From NCBI GenBank assembly GCA_902572735.1, contig CACGGX010000004.1, positions 7,743 to 71,742 of the forward strand: DNA of 64,000 bases, written 5' to 3'. The position numbers and the translations under genes were made by a program. The notes beneath the pieces are model-generated. The model did no database searches and was not told where the DNA came from. It saw only the letters and a list, made by a program, of their open reading frames with translations. Positions 34,142 to 43,164 of this stretch are shown here, one piece after another. Each line of letters starts with the position of its first letter. Within the stretch, counting starts at the first letter, position 1. The DNA is from an uncultured Alphaproteobacteria bacterium. GTDB lineage: Bacteria > Pseudomonadota > Alphaproteobacteria > HIMB59 > GCA-002718135.

Positions 34142-34469
34142 TGAATTAAAAGACTTAATTAAAGAAACTAAAATGGTAAAGATTTCAATTATTTTATTTC
34201 CTATATTCATTTTTGCAAGTAGTCTTTTTGCTCACTCAGGCGGATTAAATGGACAGGGCTGTCATAATAACAAAAAAACTGGTGGATATCACTGTCACCA
34301 ATCTCCTGGATGGAATAATGGTGATTATCCAAATAGAAATATTTCTAGTTACACTTGTAGGATAACAATTGGTAATCAATACTACGAATTTGACCCGGCA
34401 AATACAAATACTCAATTAAACTTTGAATCTAAAACAGGAAAAGTAGATTTGATTTGTTTTAGAAAATAA
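34134..34469 (+). CDS. YHYH-domain secreted protein
   Basis: 111 aa. A signal/anchor segment (ISIILFPIFIFASSLFA) is followed by HSGGLNGQGCHNNKKTGGYHCH. This matches the HSGG.D..GCH.N.KTG.YHCH signature annotated as YHYH domain. Confidence 0.65.
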   Translation: MTNELKDLIKETKMVKISIILFPIFIFASSLFAHSGGLNGQGCHNNKKTGGYHCHQSPGWNNGDYPNRNISSYTCRITIGNQYYEFDPANTNTQLNFESKTGKVDLICFRK

Positions 34470-34499
34470 TTTATCAAAAAATTCTTATTACTTATTTTT

Positions 34500-34955
34500 T
34501 TATAAGAAAGATAAATCATCAAGAGGGGACATATGTCCATTTTCGATCTCATCAAGTGTTTGTTGACCTCTTTCAACAAGTTTCATTGCATTATTTAAAG
34601 CCCAAATTTGCTTAGTAGCAATGTGAACATCAAAACTTTTATGTCCTAATTCAATTTGCTTTTGCTCTTCTTGAATTTTAGTAATGATATATTCTGCAGC
34701 ACTAATTGCATTAAAAGAAACATTGGTAAGTTTAGATGCTTTTCCCATAAATTCTTTTCTCATTTTAATTGTTTCTTTAAGATCAATTCTTTCTTTTCTT
34801 TTTGAAAGCCAGCCTTCATTTGCTGCTTGTTTTCTTAATGTAGATAAAGAATAATTGAATTCTGTAGCGATATCTTGAAGAGTAGGGTACTCATTTCTCT
34901 CTCCTTTTATGTAATAATTACGCGCTTCAGTGTAATCAGGACGTTTTCTTGTCAT
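34500..34955 (-). CDS. Phage-like HTH DNA-binding protein (terminase small-subunit-like?)
   Basis: 151 aa. The N-terminal HTH-like segment is YPTLQDIATEFNYSLSTLRKQAANEGWLSKRKE, followed by helical regions. It resembles small phage DNA-recognition proteins. The assignment is tentative. Confidence 0.4.
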   Translation of the reverse strand: MTRKRPDYTEARNYYIKGERNEYPTLQDIATEFNYSLSTLRKQAANEGWLSKRKERIDLKETIKMRKEFMGKASKLTNVSFNAISAAEYIITKIQEEQKQIELGHKSFDVHIATKQIWALNNAMKLVERGQQTLDEIENGHMSPLDDLSFL

Positions 34956-35038
34956 AAAAACATTAATGCGAATGATTCTTTATAAAGAAAGTTATAGAAA
35001 AATTTTTTTGTTAAAAAAAATTTAATAACGTGAATAAA

Positions 35039-35773
35039 TTAGTTTTTTAAATTGTTTAAAAGTAAGTTTTTAAATTCTTCAACAGCAACTGTAGCAGGTT
35101 TATGAATGGCAAAATCAAATTGATCTTGATTACTTGATGGCTCAAGATTTAATTCAATTGTTGGTTTGCGCATATCTTTAAACATCGAAACGAAACCGGC
35201 AGCAGGGTAGACTTGTCCTGAAGTGCCTATAGAAACAAATAGGCTTGATTGTTCAGCTAAATCATGAATTTCATCCATTTGCATTGGCATTTCACCAAAC
35301 CATACAATGTGAGGTCTCATTTGAGAGCCGCATTTAGGGCATTTATGGGTTTCATTTAGGTCCTCTAGCCACTCAAATACATGATTATCATTCATTATAC
35401 ATCTCACTTTATTTAGCTCACCGTGCATATGAATTATTGATGATGAACCTCCAATCTCATGCAAATTATCGATATTCTGTGTAACTATATGAATTTTATA
35501 TGTTTTTTCTAATTCATGAAGTAAAATATGAGCCCTATTTGGCTTAATTCCTGAATTTAGTTCTTTTCGACGTTTATTATAAAAATCATAGACAAGAGTA
35601 GGGTTTCTATAGAAACCTTCGGGACTGGCAACATCCTCAATCCTATGATTATTCCAAAGTCCATCAGAGTCTCTAAATGTTTCAATACCAGACTCTTTAC
35701 TTATACCGGCACCAGTTAACACAAAGATACTTGAATTGGCGGGAATCTGGGGTAAATGTTCCATATTAATCAC
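35039..35773 (-). CDS. cobB: NAD-dependent protein deacylase (Sir2 family, CobB type)
   Basis: GAGISKESGIETFRDSDGLWN, VTQNIDNLHE, the catalytic His in HMHGEL, a zinc ribbon (C...CPKCGS) and RPHIVWFGE. This is the full sirtuin motif set. Confidence 0.9.
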   Translation of the reverse strand: MINMEHLPQIPANSSIFVLTGAGISKESGIETFRDSDGLWNNHRIEDVASPEGFYRNPTLVYDFYNKRRKELNSGIKPNRAHILLHELEKTYKIHIVTQNIDNLHEIGGSSSIIHMHGELNKVRCIMNDNHVFEWLEDLNETHKCPKCGSQMRPHIVWFGEMPMQMDEIHDLAEQSSLFVSIGTSGQVYPAAGFVSMFKDMRKPTIELNLEPSSNQDQFDFAIHKPATVAVEEFKNLLLNNLKN

Positions 35774-35880
35774 AATATATAGTATTTTTTTACACGTGAA
35801 AATCCTATATTTTGTATGTGAATATATTTAACGTTAGATTTATAAAATATATTACTGATTTATATATATTATATTTATGC

Positions 35881-35914
35881 TTGACTATTATTTACGATAA
35901 CTGTAATTATCGTA
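35881..35914 (+). promoter_or_regulatory. Promoter-like region with a 9-bp inverted repeat immediately upstream of the integrase gene
   Basis: TTGACT at 35881-35886 is -35-like. The inverted repeat is TTACGATAA (35892-35900), a 5-nt spacer, then TTATCGTAA (35906-35914). It ends 9 nt before the ATG at 35924 and overlaps the expected -10 / transcription start region. Confidence 0.35.
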
Positions 35915-35923
35915 ATATATAAT

Positions 35924-36982
35924 ATGGTTAAAATATCACTAAATGAAAACGTAAGTAAACTAAAGGAAAAATCCAAAGCTAAAAACACTCAGGATAAGTA
36001 TCAAGGAGATTGGTTAAAGTTTATAGATTATTGCAAAAATAAATACAATTGCAGTCCTTTAGATGTTGATGATCTAAATAGTGCTTACGCATTAACAGCA
36101 AATTATATGGATTGGCTTCATGAAGATCCAGAAGCAAAAATACTCAAAGGATCGAGCAACATACCGGGTAGAGAAAATGTAAACAACAACCCCTACTCCT
36201 CTACTGCCTATAAAGCTTCCACTATACAAAGAATCTTAGCATCTATTACATATAAATATAGAGTTAATGGATTTCAATTTGATAGAAAAAATCCAAATAT
36301 TTCTGAAACAATTAGTGCAATTGTAAGAGATGAAAAAAATAATAAATCTGGTCAAGCAAGAGAGTTATTAAAAGCAGATATTGAAAAAATTATTGATAAA
36401 ATTCCAAATGATAACGAAGATTTTAGAAACATAAGAGATAGAGCTCTTATTTTAATTGGTTTTTATAGTTTTTGTAGAAGATCTGAGCTTTTAGGCATGA
36501 AATACGAACATTTAAATTTTGAAGAAGATGGTGTTCAAGTATTAATACCTTTTTCTAAGACTGATCAAAAAGGTGAAGGAAGGATGATATACCTTCCCAA
36601 AACTAATAATGATTATTGTCCAGTAAAAGCTCTGAAGGATTGGTTAGAAGTGGCTTTAATAGATCAAGGCCCCCTGTTCTATAAAATAAATAAAGCTAAT
36701 AATATTGAGAAATATATTCTAAATAATAAAAATCAAAAAATAAGTCTTACAGATACAAGCTTTGTCCTAATACTCAAAAAAAGGGCAAGAGAAGCTGATT
36801 TAGATAATTGTGATAAAATTTCAGGCCACAGTTTAAGAATTGGTTCTATTACTCAAGCTAGAATGAACGGTGTCCCAACTCATGAAATAATGGCTCAAAG
36901 TGGGCATAAAACTACTCAAATGATTGATCGATACACTAAGCTTAGTAATATTAAAGAGACATCTGCTGCTAAAAAAATATAA
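35924..36982 (+). CDS. Tyrosine-type site-specific recombinase (phage integrase family)
   Basis: 352 aa. Catalytic residues occur in order: R in FCRRSELLGMKYEHL, K region (SKTDQKGEG), HSLRIGSIT (H-x-x-R) and GHKTTQMIDRYTK (H...Y). The N-terminal region looks like a SAM-like core-binding domain. Confidence 0.85.
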   Translation: MVKISLNENVSKLKEKSKAKNTQDKYQGDWLKFIDYCKNKYNCSPLDVDDLNSAYALTANYMDWLHEDPEAKILKGSSNIPGRENVNNNPYSSTAYKASTIQRILASITYKYRVNGFQFDRKNPNISETISAIVRDEKNNKSGQARELLKADIEKIIDKIPNDNEDFRNIRDRALILIGFYSFCRRSELLGMKYEHLNFEEDGVQVLIPFSKTDQKGEGRMIYLPKTNNDYCPVKALKDWLEVALIDQGPLFYKINKANNIEKYILNNKNQKISLTDTSFVLILKKRAREADLDNCDKISGHSLRIGSITQARMNGVPTHEIMAQSGHKTTQMIDRYTKLSNIKETSAAKKI

Positions 36983-37003
36983 TATTTTTAATTTATATTT
37001 ATC

Positions 37004-38479
37004 ATGAAAAAAATACCTAAAGTTTATTGTGCTTCCTTAGCAACAGAAACAAATACATTCTCACCTCTAAAAACTAATATGAAAAGTTTTAAAGAAACAT
37101 TTTTTGCAAAACCATATCATCATCCCAAAACACCAACTTTATGTTCTGCCCTCTTTCCACTATTACGAAAAAGAAAAACTAATGGTGAAATTAAATTAAT
37201 AGAAGGTACTGCTACTTGGGCTGAGCCAGGTGGATTAATTGATTCAAAAACATGGAATGATTTAAAAAAATTAATTCTAAAAGAAATAAAAAATGCAGGT
37301 AAATTGGATATAGTTCTTTTAGGTTTACATGGAGCAATGATAGCTAAAAACTGCGTAGACTGTGAGGGAGATCTAGTAAAAAATATTAGAAAAATAGTTG
37401 GTCCAGATGTTGTCATAGGTGTAACTTTTGATCCTCATAGTCATTTAAGTAAAAAATTTATTACGAATACTAACATTTTAACAGTGTTTAAAGAATTTCC
37501 TCATACAGATTTTGTAGAGGCAGCTAAAAATTGTATAAATTTATCTATCAAAACATTCAATAAAAATATCAAACCTAAAATCTCTGTATTTGATGTTAGA
37601 ATGATGACTATTTTACCTACAAGCAAAGAGCCAATGAGATCTTTTATAGATAAAATTAAATTATTAGAAAATAAAAGTCCTATATTGTCAATTTCAATTA
37701 TTCATGGTTTTATGGCTGGAGACTCTCCTGATCTAGGAGCCAAAATAGTAGTCATAACAAATAATAAAAAAAAATATGGTGACAAAATATCTTATGAATT
37801 AGGGATGAGTCTTTTTAGTAAAAGAAAAAATTTAGCTCCAAAAACATTCTCAGCAACAAAATCTTTGAAAGAAGCTAAAAAATTATCAATAAAAAATAAA
37901 AAACCTATTTTAATTGCTGATATTTGGGATAACCCTGGTGGAGGAGTACCTGGAGATTCAACTATCTTAATTAAAAAAGTAATATCAATGAAGTTAAAAA
38001 ATATTGCCTTAGGCTCTATCTGGGATCCTTTAGCAGTTAAATTATGTCATAGAGCGGGAGAAAATAAAGAAATAAATTTAAATTTTGGATCAAAAATTAT
38101 TAAAGGATCTGGAGGGCCAATACAAAAGAAAGTTTTAGTTAAAAAAATAAAAAAAAATGTTTATCAAAAATTTGGGACTTCTCTTGTGCCCATGGGAGAT
38201 AGTGCTTGCATAATTTTTGATGGGATTGAAGTAGTATTAAATTCAAATAGATGTCAAACATTTTCAGTAGATCTATTTAGTAAGTTAGGCATAAATATAT
38301 CAAAGAAGAATATTATAATTGTTAAATCTACAAATCATTTCTATAAATCATTTAAACCGCATGTATCAGAAATAATTTATGCTTCTATAGATGGTATCTA
38401 TCCAAATAATCCAAAAAAAAATAAATACTTTAAATTAAAAAGAAGAATTTGGCCTATTGTATCAAATCCTCATCAATAA
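37004..38479 (+). CDS. M81 family metallopeptidase (MlrC/microcystinase C-like)
   Basis: 491 aa. The N-terminus has the ATETNTFSP motif. The LGLHGAM and FPHTDF motifs follow, and the length is typical of the MlrC N+C domain architecture. Confidence 0.75.
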   Translation: MKKIPKVYCASLATETNTFSPLKTNMKSFKETFFAKPYHHPKTPTLCSALFPLLRKRKTNGEIKLIEGTATWAEPGGLIDSKTWNDLKKLILKEIKNAGKLDIVLLGLHGAMIAKNCVDCEGDLVKNIRKIVGPDVVIGVTFDPHSHLSKKFITNTNILTVFKEFPHTDFVEAAKNCINLSIKTFNKNIKPKISVFDVRMMTILPTSKEPMRSFIDKIKLLENKSPILSISIIHGFMAGDSPDLGAKIVVITNNKKKYGDKISYELGMSLFSKRKNLAPKTFSATKSLKEAKKLSIKNKKPILIADIWDNPGGGVPGDSTILIKKVISMKLKNIALGSIWDPLAVKLCHRAGENKEINLNFGSKIIKGSGGPIQKKVLVKKIKKNVYQKFGTSLVPMGDSACIIFDGIEVVLNSNRCQTFSVDLFSKLGINISKKNIIIVKSTNHFYKSFKPHVSEIIYASIDGIYPNNPKKNKYFKLKRRIWPIVSNPHQ

Positions 38480-38555
38480 AAAAATTTTTTAAATTATTTT
38501 TTTAAAATTTATAAAATCTTATTTACATATAAATAAATGTAAAACATGTTTTAAT

Positions 38556-38981
38556 CTAATAGAATGCAATTGCTGCTGCAATTAAAACTATTACTAACAG
38601 TCCTCTTCCACTCATTGTTGCTATTTTCATAATAGTTTTATTTGGTGGTAAATTATTTTTAGAGGAATTAAAAACATGAAAATTTACAAAGGCAGATAGT
38701 CCTAAAAGAAAACCTGCTGCAATTATTTTGATTGTAAATGCACTATTAATAATAAAGCCGCCATAGAGATTAATTGATAGTATAATTCCAGATATCCACA
38801 AAACAATTAGGGATACAAAACCAATATAGCCAAGTAACTTCAAAATCTTAGCTGTGGTTAAATCAGGAATTTGATTTGCTTGAGAATAAACAGATTGAAT
38901 CACTCCACCACCAACTAAAACACCACCTGAAAAAACAATTGCAAGGTAGTGTATAAACTTAAGTGTTATTATTAATGTCAT
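38556..38981 (-). CDS. Hypothetical 4-TM membrane protein
   Basis: 141 aa, four hydrophobic helices, no motif recognised. Confidence 0.45.
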   Translation of the reverse strand: MTLIITLKFIHYLAIVFSGGVLVGGGVIQSVYSQANQIPDLTTAKILKLLGYIGFVSLIVLWISGIILSINLYGGFIINSAFTIKIIAAGFLLGLSAFVNFHVFNSSKNNLPPNKTIMKIATMSGRGLLVIVLIAAAIAFY

Positions 38982-39029
38982 TAAAATTAAATATTACTTT
39001 TTCTATAATTATAGTATTAAAGTTTAGAT

Positions 39030-39566
39030 ATGAAAATAAAAAAAGGTGATATTCCAGAGTTAAAATTAAAAAAAATGGATGGATCAGATTTTGATCTAAA
39101 TAATTTTAAAGGAAAAAAAGTGTATTTAAAATATATGAGATTTGCTTCTTGTATGTTTTGTAATCTAGAAGTGAATCATTTGAAAAATAAACATAATGAA
39201 TTTGGTAAAGACTTTGAAATAGTTTTAGTATTTCATTCATCTGTTGAAAATTTAAAAAAACAAATGAAAAAGCATGGCCCTCTCCCATTTACGATTGTAG
39301 CAGATCCAGATTTTTCTTATTATAAAAAATATGAAATAGAGAGATCAATGGGAAAATTAATGAATGCTTTTATATTCAAGTTCCCTAAAGCTATAGCTGC
39401 AATGCTAAAAGGATATATTCCGATTAAACTTGGAGGATATCTCGATATAGCTACTGCTGATTTCTTCCTTGATAAAGATGGTGTTGTTTTAGAAGCAAAA
39501 TATTCTTTGAAAGATGCATTTGATGGTTTTGAATTTTCTGAAATTAAAGAATTTTCTTTAAGGTAA
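39030..39566 (+). CDS. AhpC/TSA-like thioredoxin-fold protein (peroxiredoxin-like)
   Basis: 178 aa. The sequence LNNFKGKKVYLKYMRFASCMFCNLEVNHL carries a CxxC-containing active-site region in the position typical of peroxiredoxin-like family proteins. Confidence 0.6.
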   Translation: MKIKKGDIPELKLKKMDGSDFDLNNFKGKKVYLKYMRFASCMFCNLEVNHLKNKHNEFGKDFEIVLVFHSSVENLKKQMKKHGPLPFTIVADPDFSYYKKYEIERSMGKLMNAFIFKFPKAIAAMLKGYIPIKLGGYLDIATADFFLDKDGVVLEAKYSLKDAFDGFEFSEIKEFSLR

Positions 39567-39569
39567 AAA

Positions 39570-39589
39570 GCTGGGATTTAAATCCCAGC
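39570..39589. terminator. Perfect palindromic hairpin between convergent genes (candidate bidirectional terminator)
   Basis: GCTGGGATTT/AAATCCCAGC spans 39570-39589. It forms an effective 8-bp GC-containing stem (GCTGGGAT/ATCCCAGC) with a TTAA loop. It lies between the 39566 stop (+) and the 39600 stop (-). Confidence 0.6.
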
Positions 39590-39599
39590 CTAAATGTAA

Positions 39600-40004
39600 T
39601 TAAATATATATTGTATATGAAAGTCGATAGATTAAAACAATCGCTATAATAACAAATACGTGCCCCACTATCTCATCTCCTACATCTTGTTTTGAATAAG
39701 GATCAATAATCTTAAGCCTTGTTGCCCAACCTAAAATTACCTGATGTGTTGAAACAAGAAAATTCAATACAAAAAATAACCATGCACCTTCAGGTCCTCG
39801 AAATAGTAAATAAATTCCCAAAATTAAAATTGGCAACACAAAAGTTCCAACAATTCTTATAATAGGAACTGATTTTTCTCCTAAATCATATCTAGTGACT
39901 AATGTATTAGGACTTAAAACTGTAAGAAATGCATAGTATCCTAAACCCAACATACTAATTAAATATAAAATTAGATTTAGAGTACCTCCCCAAGCTTCGA
40001 TCAT
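39600..40004 (-). CDS. Small 4-TM membrane protein, tandem paralog A
   Basis: 134 aa. It shares LFRGPEGAWLFFVLNFLV and a C-terminal Y.LS..IYI with the neighbouring gene. Confidence 0.55.
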   Translation of the reverse strand: MIEAWGGTLNLILYLISMLGLGYYAFLTVLSPNTLVTRYDLGEKSVPIIRIVGTFVLPILILGIYLLFRGPEGAWLFFVLNFLVSTHQVILGWATRLKIIDPYSKQDVGDEIVGHVFVIIAIVLIYRLSYTIYI

Positions 40005-40040
40005 ATTTTCTCCTTCATTGAATTATCGATAAAATTATAA

Positions 40041-40457
40041 TTATAAATAAATTTTATCAGATAAACCGTAAACTATAATTAAATTTATAACTAGTACTAC
40101 AACTGACACTATTGGCTGTTCAATTGTAGAGTTAACTTTATCTCTCCCATAGAGAAAAGCGATATTAAAATGAAAACAGAATTGATAAACAGTAGCCATT
40201 GCGAATACAATAATGTTTATCACAAAAAAAGGCCAAGTTCCTTCTGGTCCTGTAAACAAAATATAAAGACCAACTAAGAAAAATGCAGTTACCCAGAAGA
40301 TCCCAAAATTAGCAGCAGGTGCTGCACTTGTATCAATGTTATATTTGGCAAATTCTTTTTCTTTATTAAACAAAAAAGTAAAAGAATAATAACCAGCCAA
40401 CCCAATACTAATAATGTATAAAATTAGATAAAAAATACCGTTAAAATTTTCGATCAT
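40041..40457 (-). CDS. Small 4-TM membrane protein, tandem paralog B
   Basis: 138 aa. LFTGPEGTWPFFVINIIV and the C-terminal YGLSDKIYL are clearly homologous to 39600-40004. Confidence 0.55.
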   Translation of the reverse strand: MIENFNGIFYLILYIISIGLAGYYSFTFLFNKEKEFAKYNIDTSAAPAANFGIFWVTAFFLVGLYILFTGPEGTWPFFVINIIVFAMATVYQFCFHFNIAFLYGRDKVNSTIEQPIVSVVVLVINLIIVYGLSDKIYL

Positions 40458-40560
40458 AAATACTCCTAAAACTCACTTTATAATATTTTGTGTAGATTCT
40501 CTGACTCAAGTTGACACATTTTAGTAGCAATAATATCTAAAATTAGTTAAAAAAATATAT

Positions 40561-42390
40561 ATGAATTCTGATAGAAAATTAGCCACTATTCTTGCAACTG
40601 ATTGTGTAAACTTCAGTAAACATATGGAAGAAAATGAAGAAAAAACTCTTCGAAATTTAAATGAATGTCGCAAAATAATAGATGCTAAAATCATAGAATT
40701 TGGTGGACGAATATTTAAAACTGAAGGCGATAGTGTTGTATGTGAGTTTGCTTCACCAGTAAATTGCTTAAAAGCAGCAATGGAATTTCAAAATGAAATT
40801 TATAAAAGAAATGATCACTCTATTACAGAATTAAAGTTAGAATGGCGAGTTGGAATACATGTAGATGATGTAATAGTTGAAGGTGATAATATCATGGGTT
40901 CAGGAGTTAATGTATCAGCTAGACTCGAGAGTGAATGTGAACCTGGTGGTATTTTAATTTCTACTATTGTTAAAGATCAAGTCAATAAAAGGTTAGATGC
41001 TAAAATTGAAAACGATGGCACGAGAAATTTAAAAAATATAAGTGAAAATTTTGAAGTTTATAAAATTTCTAATTTACTTATTCATGAAGATGATTTCTTA
41101 AAAGAAGAAGAAAAACCAATTAATGAAAGTGCCCAAGAACCAATAGCTCAAACTAAAATCAATAAAGCAAAAAAAATTAAACTAGCAATTCTTCCTTTTG
41201 AAAATTTAAGTAAAGATGAAGATTCAGAATTTTTAGTAGAGGGAGTATTCAGAGATTTAATACAAGAATTTTCTCGAATGCAAGAATTTGAAATACTTTC
41301 ACATCAAACGTCTATGGATTTTAAAAAAAGTGATGAAGACGCGCTTGGTTTTGCTAAGAAACACTCAGTTGATTATTTAATTGGTGGTAATATTAGATCT
41401 GCAGGTAAAAGAATAAGAGTTAGTGTTGACTTAACTGATGCTAGCGATGGTTCCAATTTATGGGGTGAAAAATACGATAGAGTAATAGAAGATATTTTCG
41501 ATTTACAAGATGAAATCGTAATGAAAATGTCTCGACAATTACTAGGCAATATTGAAATAAGTAGTTTACAAAGGATCAAAAGAAAACCATCAGAAAATTT
41601 AAATTCTTATGAATGGTTAATAAAAGGAACTTATCATCATGTTCGATCTGGAAAAGAAAATAATTTAAAAGCTATTGAAGCACTAGATAAAGCGATTGAA
41701 ACCGATGAAACAAATGCAAGAGCTCATGCCTTAAAAGCGTGTACTATTGGTGGTGGATACGGCAAAGGTTATTATGAAGATCCAGATAAAATGATGGATA
41801 TGGGTCTTGAACATGTCAAGAAAAGTCTTGAAGCTGATGAAAATGATTTTGAAGTATTAAGAATTTCATCTGCTATAGCGCAAGGTAATAAAGATTTTAA
41901 TAAATCAATTGAACATGCAAAAAAAGGACATTCTATTAATCCTAATGACCCAAGAATTTTAGACAGATATGGTACTTGCTTAGTTAAACTTGATAATGTT
42001 GATGAAGGTTTAAAGCACCTTCATAAAGCATTAGAACTTGATCCAATTCCCCAGGGTGCAGCAACATCATGTTCACGTTATGATGCATTAACAATTGGTT
42101 ATTTTTGTAAAGAAGATTTTGAAAAATGTATTTCTTGGGGTGAAAAAATACAATACATGGGACCTTCTACTTGGTTAACAATTTTATATTCTATTTCTAA
42201 AAACGATGACATTAGTAAAGTTAAAGAACATAGTATTTACAAAAAATATGAAAATGATTTTAAGGAAACAAATTGGGAAAAAACAATACATAATATGCAC
42301 TTTAGACCTGAAGACACAAAACATACTAATCTTTTAGAATTTTCTAATAAAATGTTTCCTAATATAAAAATTGTAGAAAAAACTGCTTAA
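40561..42390 (+). CDS. Class III adenylate/guanylate cyclase domain protein with a TolB-N-like domain and a TPR-like C-terminal region
   Basis: 609 aa. The cyclase core is LATILATDCVNFSKHME...GGRIFKTEGDSVVCEFASP...WRVGIHVDDVIVEGDNIMGSGVNVSARLES. It is followed by LAILPFENLSKDEDSEFLVEGVFRDLI...LIGGNIRSAGKRIRVSVDLTDASDGSNLWGEKYD, the module commonly fused to such cyclases. The C-terminus consists of helical repeats. Confidence 0.8.
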   Translation: MNSDRKLATILATDCVNFSKHMEENEEKTLRNLNECRKIIDAKIIEFGGRIFKTEGDSVVCEFASPVNCLKAAMEFQNEIYKRNDHSITELKLEWRVGIHVDDVIVEGDNIMGSGVNVSARLESECEPGGILISTIVKDQVNKRLDAKIENDGTRNLKNISENFEVYKISNLLIHEDDFLKEEEKPINESAQEPIAQTKINKAKKIKLAILPFENLSKDEDSEFLVEGVFRDLIQEFSRMQEFEILSHQTSMDFKKSDEDALGFAKKHSVDYLIGGNIRSAGKRIRVSVDLTDASDGSNLWGEKYDRVIEDIFDLQDEIVMKMSRQLLGNIEISSLQRIKRKPSENLNSYEWLIKGTYHHVRSGKENNLKAIEALDKAIETDETNARAHALKACTIGGGYGKGYYEDPDKMMDMGLEHVKKSLEADENDFEVLRISSAIAQGNKDFNKSIEHAKKGHSINPNDPRILDRYGTCLVKLDNVDEGLKHLHKALELDPIPQGAATSCSRYDALTIGYFCKEDFEKCISWGEKIQYMGPSTWLTILYSISKNDDISKVKEHSIYKKYENDFKETNWEKTIHNMHFRPEDTKHTNLLEFSNKMFPNIKIVEKTA

Positions 42391-42398
42391 TCCTATTT

Positions 42399-43130
42399 TC
42401 ATTTTCTCTCCGTAAAAGCACTAGCCAATATACCTGCTGGTAAAGCAACCGCCCCTATTCCAAATAATGCAGTACATACTGCAGCAAATCTTCCTAAAAA
42501 TGTAATTGGAGTATAATCACCATAACCAGTGGACAATAAAGCAGCAGCACTAACCCATAAAGCTCTTGGAATGGATCCAAAAGCTTCAGGTTGTAAATCC
42601 CCTTCTACAACATAAAGTAAAGTTGCAGACAATAACATTAAACTTAAAGTAAGAAGCAGTGAGAATATTAATTCATGACGTCTATCATATATTGCATGAA
42701 GTATAAAATCTACTGACTCACTAAAGCGCCCAAAACGAAGTATGCTAAATATTCTTATAGCTCTTAACAATCGCACTAAGAAACCTTCATTGATACCAAT
42801 TAAAAATAATGGAATAAGTGCAATTGCATCAATTAAAGCAGGTACTGTAAAAATATACTTTATCTTACCTTTAAATCCTTTAAATTTATCAATTTGATCT
42901 ACGGCAATTAACCTACAAATATACTCAATTAAAAATACTATACCAAAAAAAAGTTTTGCTGAGTCAAAGAGCTGATTATATTGCTCATAAATCAATTTTT
43001 CTGACTCAATAACAACAAAAACACAGTTCAATATAATGAGAAAGAATATAATTTTTTCAATAAGAGTAAAATCCTTCTCTTCAAGACCAAAATGCAAGTG
43101 TTCGAATAAATACTTTGAAAATGAATTCAT
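42399..43130 (-). CDS. Voltage-gated-type K+ channel (6-TM, Kv-like)
   Basis: 243 aa. The S4-like segment is VRLLRAIRIFSILRFGRF. The canonical K+ selectivity filter is LSTGYGDYTP. Confidence 0.85.
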   Translation of the reverse strand: MNSFSKYLFEHLHFGLEEKDFTLIEKIIFFLIILNCVFVVIESEKLIYEQYNQLFDSAKLFFGIVFLIEYICRLIAVDQIDKFKGFKGKIKYIFTVPALIDAIALIPLFLIGINEGFLVRLLRAIRIFSILRFGRFSESVDFILHAIYDRRHELIFSLLLTLSLMLLSATLLYVVEGDLQPEAFGSIPRALWVSAAALLSTGYGDYTPITFLGRFAAVCTALFGIGAVALPAGILASAFTERK

Positions 43131-43164
43131 TTTTATATAAATTCTTTATAGCAAAAATTACAAA

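Noticed and set aside
33774-35923. Search for a tRNA gene or att direct repeats next to the integrase
   Set aside because: Reading the spacers by eye (33774-33871, 34956-35038, 35774-35923, 36983-37003) showed no GC-rich cloverleaf-like segment and no obvious long direct repeat. This is a negative by-eye result only and needs tRNAscan plus a repeat search.
40511-40540. TTGACA at 40511-40516 as the -35 box of the cyclase gene promoter
   Set aside because: At 17-nt spacing the -10 candidate is only TATCTA. The better TAATAT lies at a 14-nt spacing. In DNA this AT-rich, such matches are not discriminating, so it is not reported as a feature.
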